From Glaucostegus cemiculus (Eukaryota), in NCBI GenBank assembly GCA_976551045.1, contig CDPCPM010000011.1, forward strand, positions 9,858,001-9,922,000: a stretch of DNA of 64,000 nucleotides, given 5' to 3'. The translations under genes were made by a program, and so were the position numbers. Every line of letters starts with the position of its first letter. Within the stretch, counting starts at the first letter, position 1. The notes beneath the pieces are model-generated. The model worked only from the letters and a program-made list of their open reading frames with translations. It did no database searches and was not told where the DNA came from. Shown here in pieces: positions 62,848 through 64,000 of this stretch.

Positions 62848-63825
62848 TTGTCTGAACATCGCTACTATATGCTTCTACCACCTCCCCTGGGAGCGTATTC
62901 CAGGCACCAACTACTCTCTGTGTAAAACAAAAACTTGCCTGGCACATCCCCCTTAAACTTTCCCCTTCTCATCTTAAACCTGTGCTCTCCAGTATATGGC
63001 CCTTCCACACTGGTGACAAGGACTTGGACTATCTACCTTACCTGTACCTCTCATAATTTTATATATTATCAGGTCACCCCTCAGTTTCTGATGCTCCAGT
63101 GAAAACTATCCAAGTTTGTCCAATCTCTACTTGGAGCAAATACACACCAATCCCTGCAGTATCCTGATAGATCTCTCTACACCCTGTCCAAAGCTTCCAC
63201 ATCTTTACTTTAGTGTGGCAACCAGAACTGCACAAAATATTCCAAATGTGACCAAACCAACATTTTCTACAGCTGCAACGTGACTCCCTGACTTTTCTAT
63301 TCATTGCCCCAATGGAGGAAGGCAAGCATGCTGTTCATCTTCTGTACCACCCTATCCACTTGTGTAGCCACTTGCAAGGAGCTGTGGTCTTGCATCCCAA
63401 AATCCTTCTGCACATCAGTCTGCTGAGAGTCCTGCTGTTTATTCTGTACTTTCTTCATACATTTGACCTCCCAAAATGCAACACCTGACACTTGTCTGGA
63501 TTAAGCTCCATCTGCCATTTCTCCGCCCCAATTTCTGACTGAACTATATCCTGCTGTATCTTTGACGACCTTCCTCACTCTCCACAACTGCACCAATTTG
63601 CATGTCTACAAATTTACTAATCAGACACCAATATTTTCATACAGATCACTTATATACACAAACAACAGAGGTCCCTGCATTGATCCTTGCAGAGCACCAC
63701 TGGTCACAGACGTCCAGTCAGAGAAACACCCTTTCACCACTATCCTCTGTCTGATATGACCAAGCCAGTTTTGTATCCAACTTGATTCAGCATGGATCAC
63801 GTGACTTCTGAACCAGCCTACTATG
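62848..63825 (-). mobile_element. Older CR1 RT C-terminal region (continuation of 60095-60222)
   Basis: CR1-type nucleotide motifs (caggcaccaactactctctgtgt, ccagaactgcacaaaatattcc, tccatctgccatttctc) and fragments such as SSLQVATQVDRVVQK. Confidence 0.85.
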
Positions 63826-64000
63826 AGATACTGAGCTGTTCTCTAGCCTCAGACTGGCTTGTGTCTAACAGTTTAAGTAACTAAATGATCCAAGAAGCAC
63901 ACTACTGCTGGAATACCAGCACACTTTAGCTTCAGGAACAGCAGCAAATGAATCTAGCAAAATGGGACATACTGAGGTTTACTGTTAGAGACAAATTATA

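Noticed and set aside
1-64000. CRISPR array, retron or other prokaryotic system suggested by the RT ORF and dispersed repeats
   Set aside because: No regular repeat-spacer array or operon structure. All RT sequences are eukaryotic non-LTR or Penelope types.

Overview
AT-rich vertebrate intronic DNA. The repeat content (CR1 LINEs, HE1/V-SINEs, Penelope-like elements, Rex1/Babar, L2, a Deu-domain SINE) points to a cartilaginous fish, probably a ray or shark (inference). The only host coding sequence I can support is one 86-nt internal exon at 22342-22427 (+), SSIGENSTGSSQQPGIQSFVQELFQAQYR, from a USP31/USP43-type deubiquitinase, more likely USP43. I found neither neighbouring exon, so the flanking introns appear to be >22 kb and >41 kb. 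Highlights: (1) a young antisense CR1 with an uninterrupted 947-codon APE+RT ORF2, inserted between 10-bp inverted flanks; (2) roughly 20 Penelope-derived termini carrying minimal type-I hammerhead ribozyme motifs, often as inverted pairs; (3) a 692-bp solo LTR with a GGGT target duplication that splits an otherwise perfect hammerhead core; (4) inverted SINE and CR1 pairs bracketing the exon; (5) an unexplained perfect 16-bp inverted repeat; (6) several nested insertions. Most short ORFs in the track are repeat-derived or spurious. No new biological system is demonstrated. Family assignments come from recalled motifs read by eye, not from database searches, and boundaries of old repeats are approximate.
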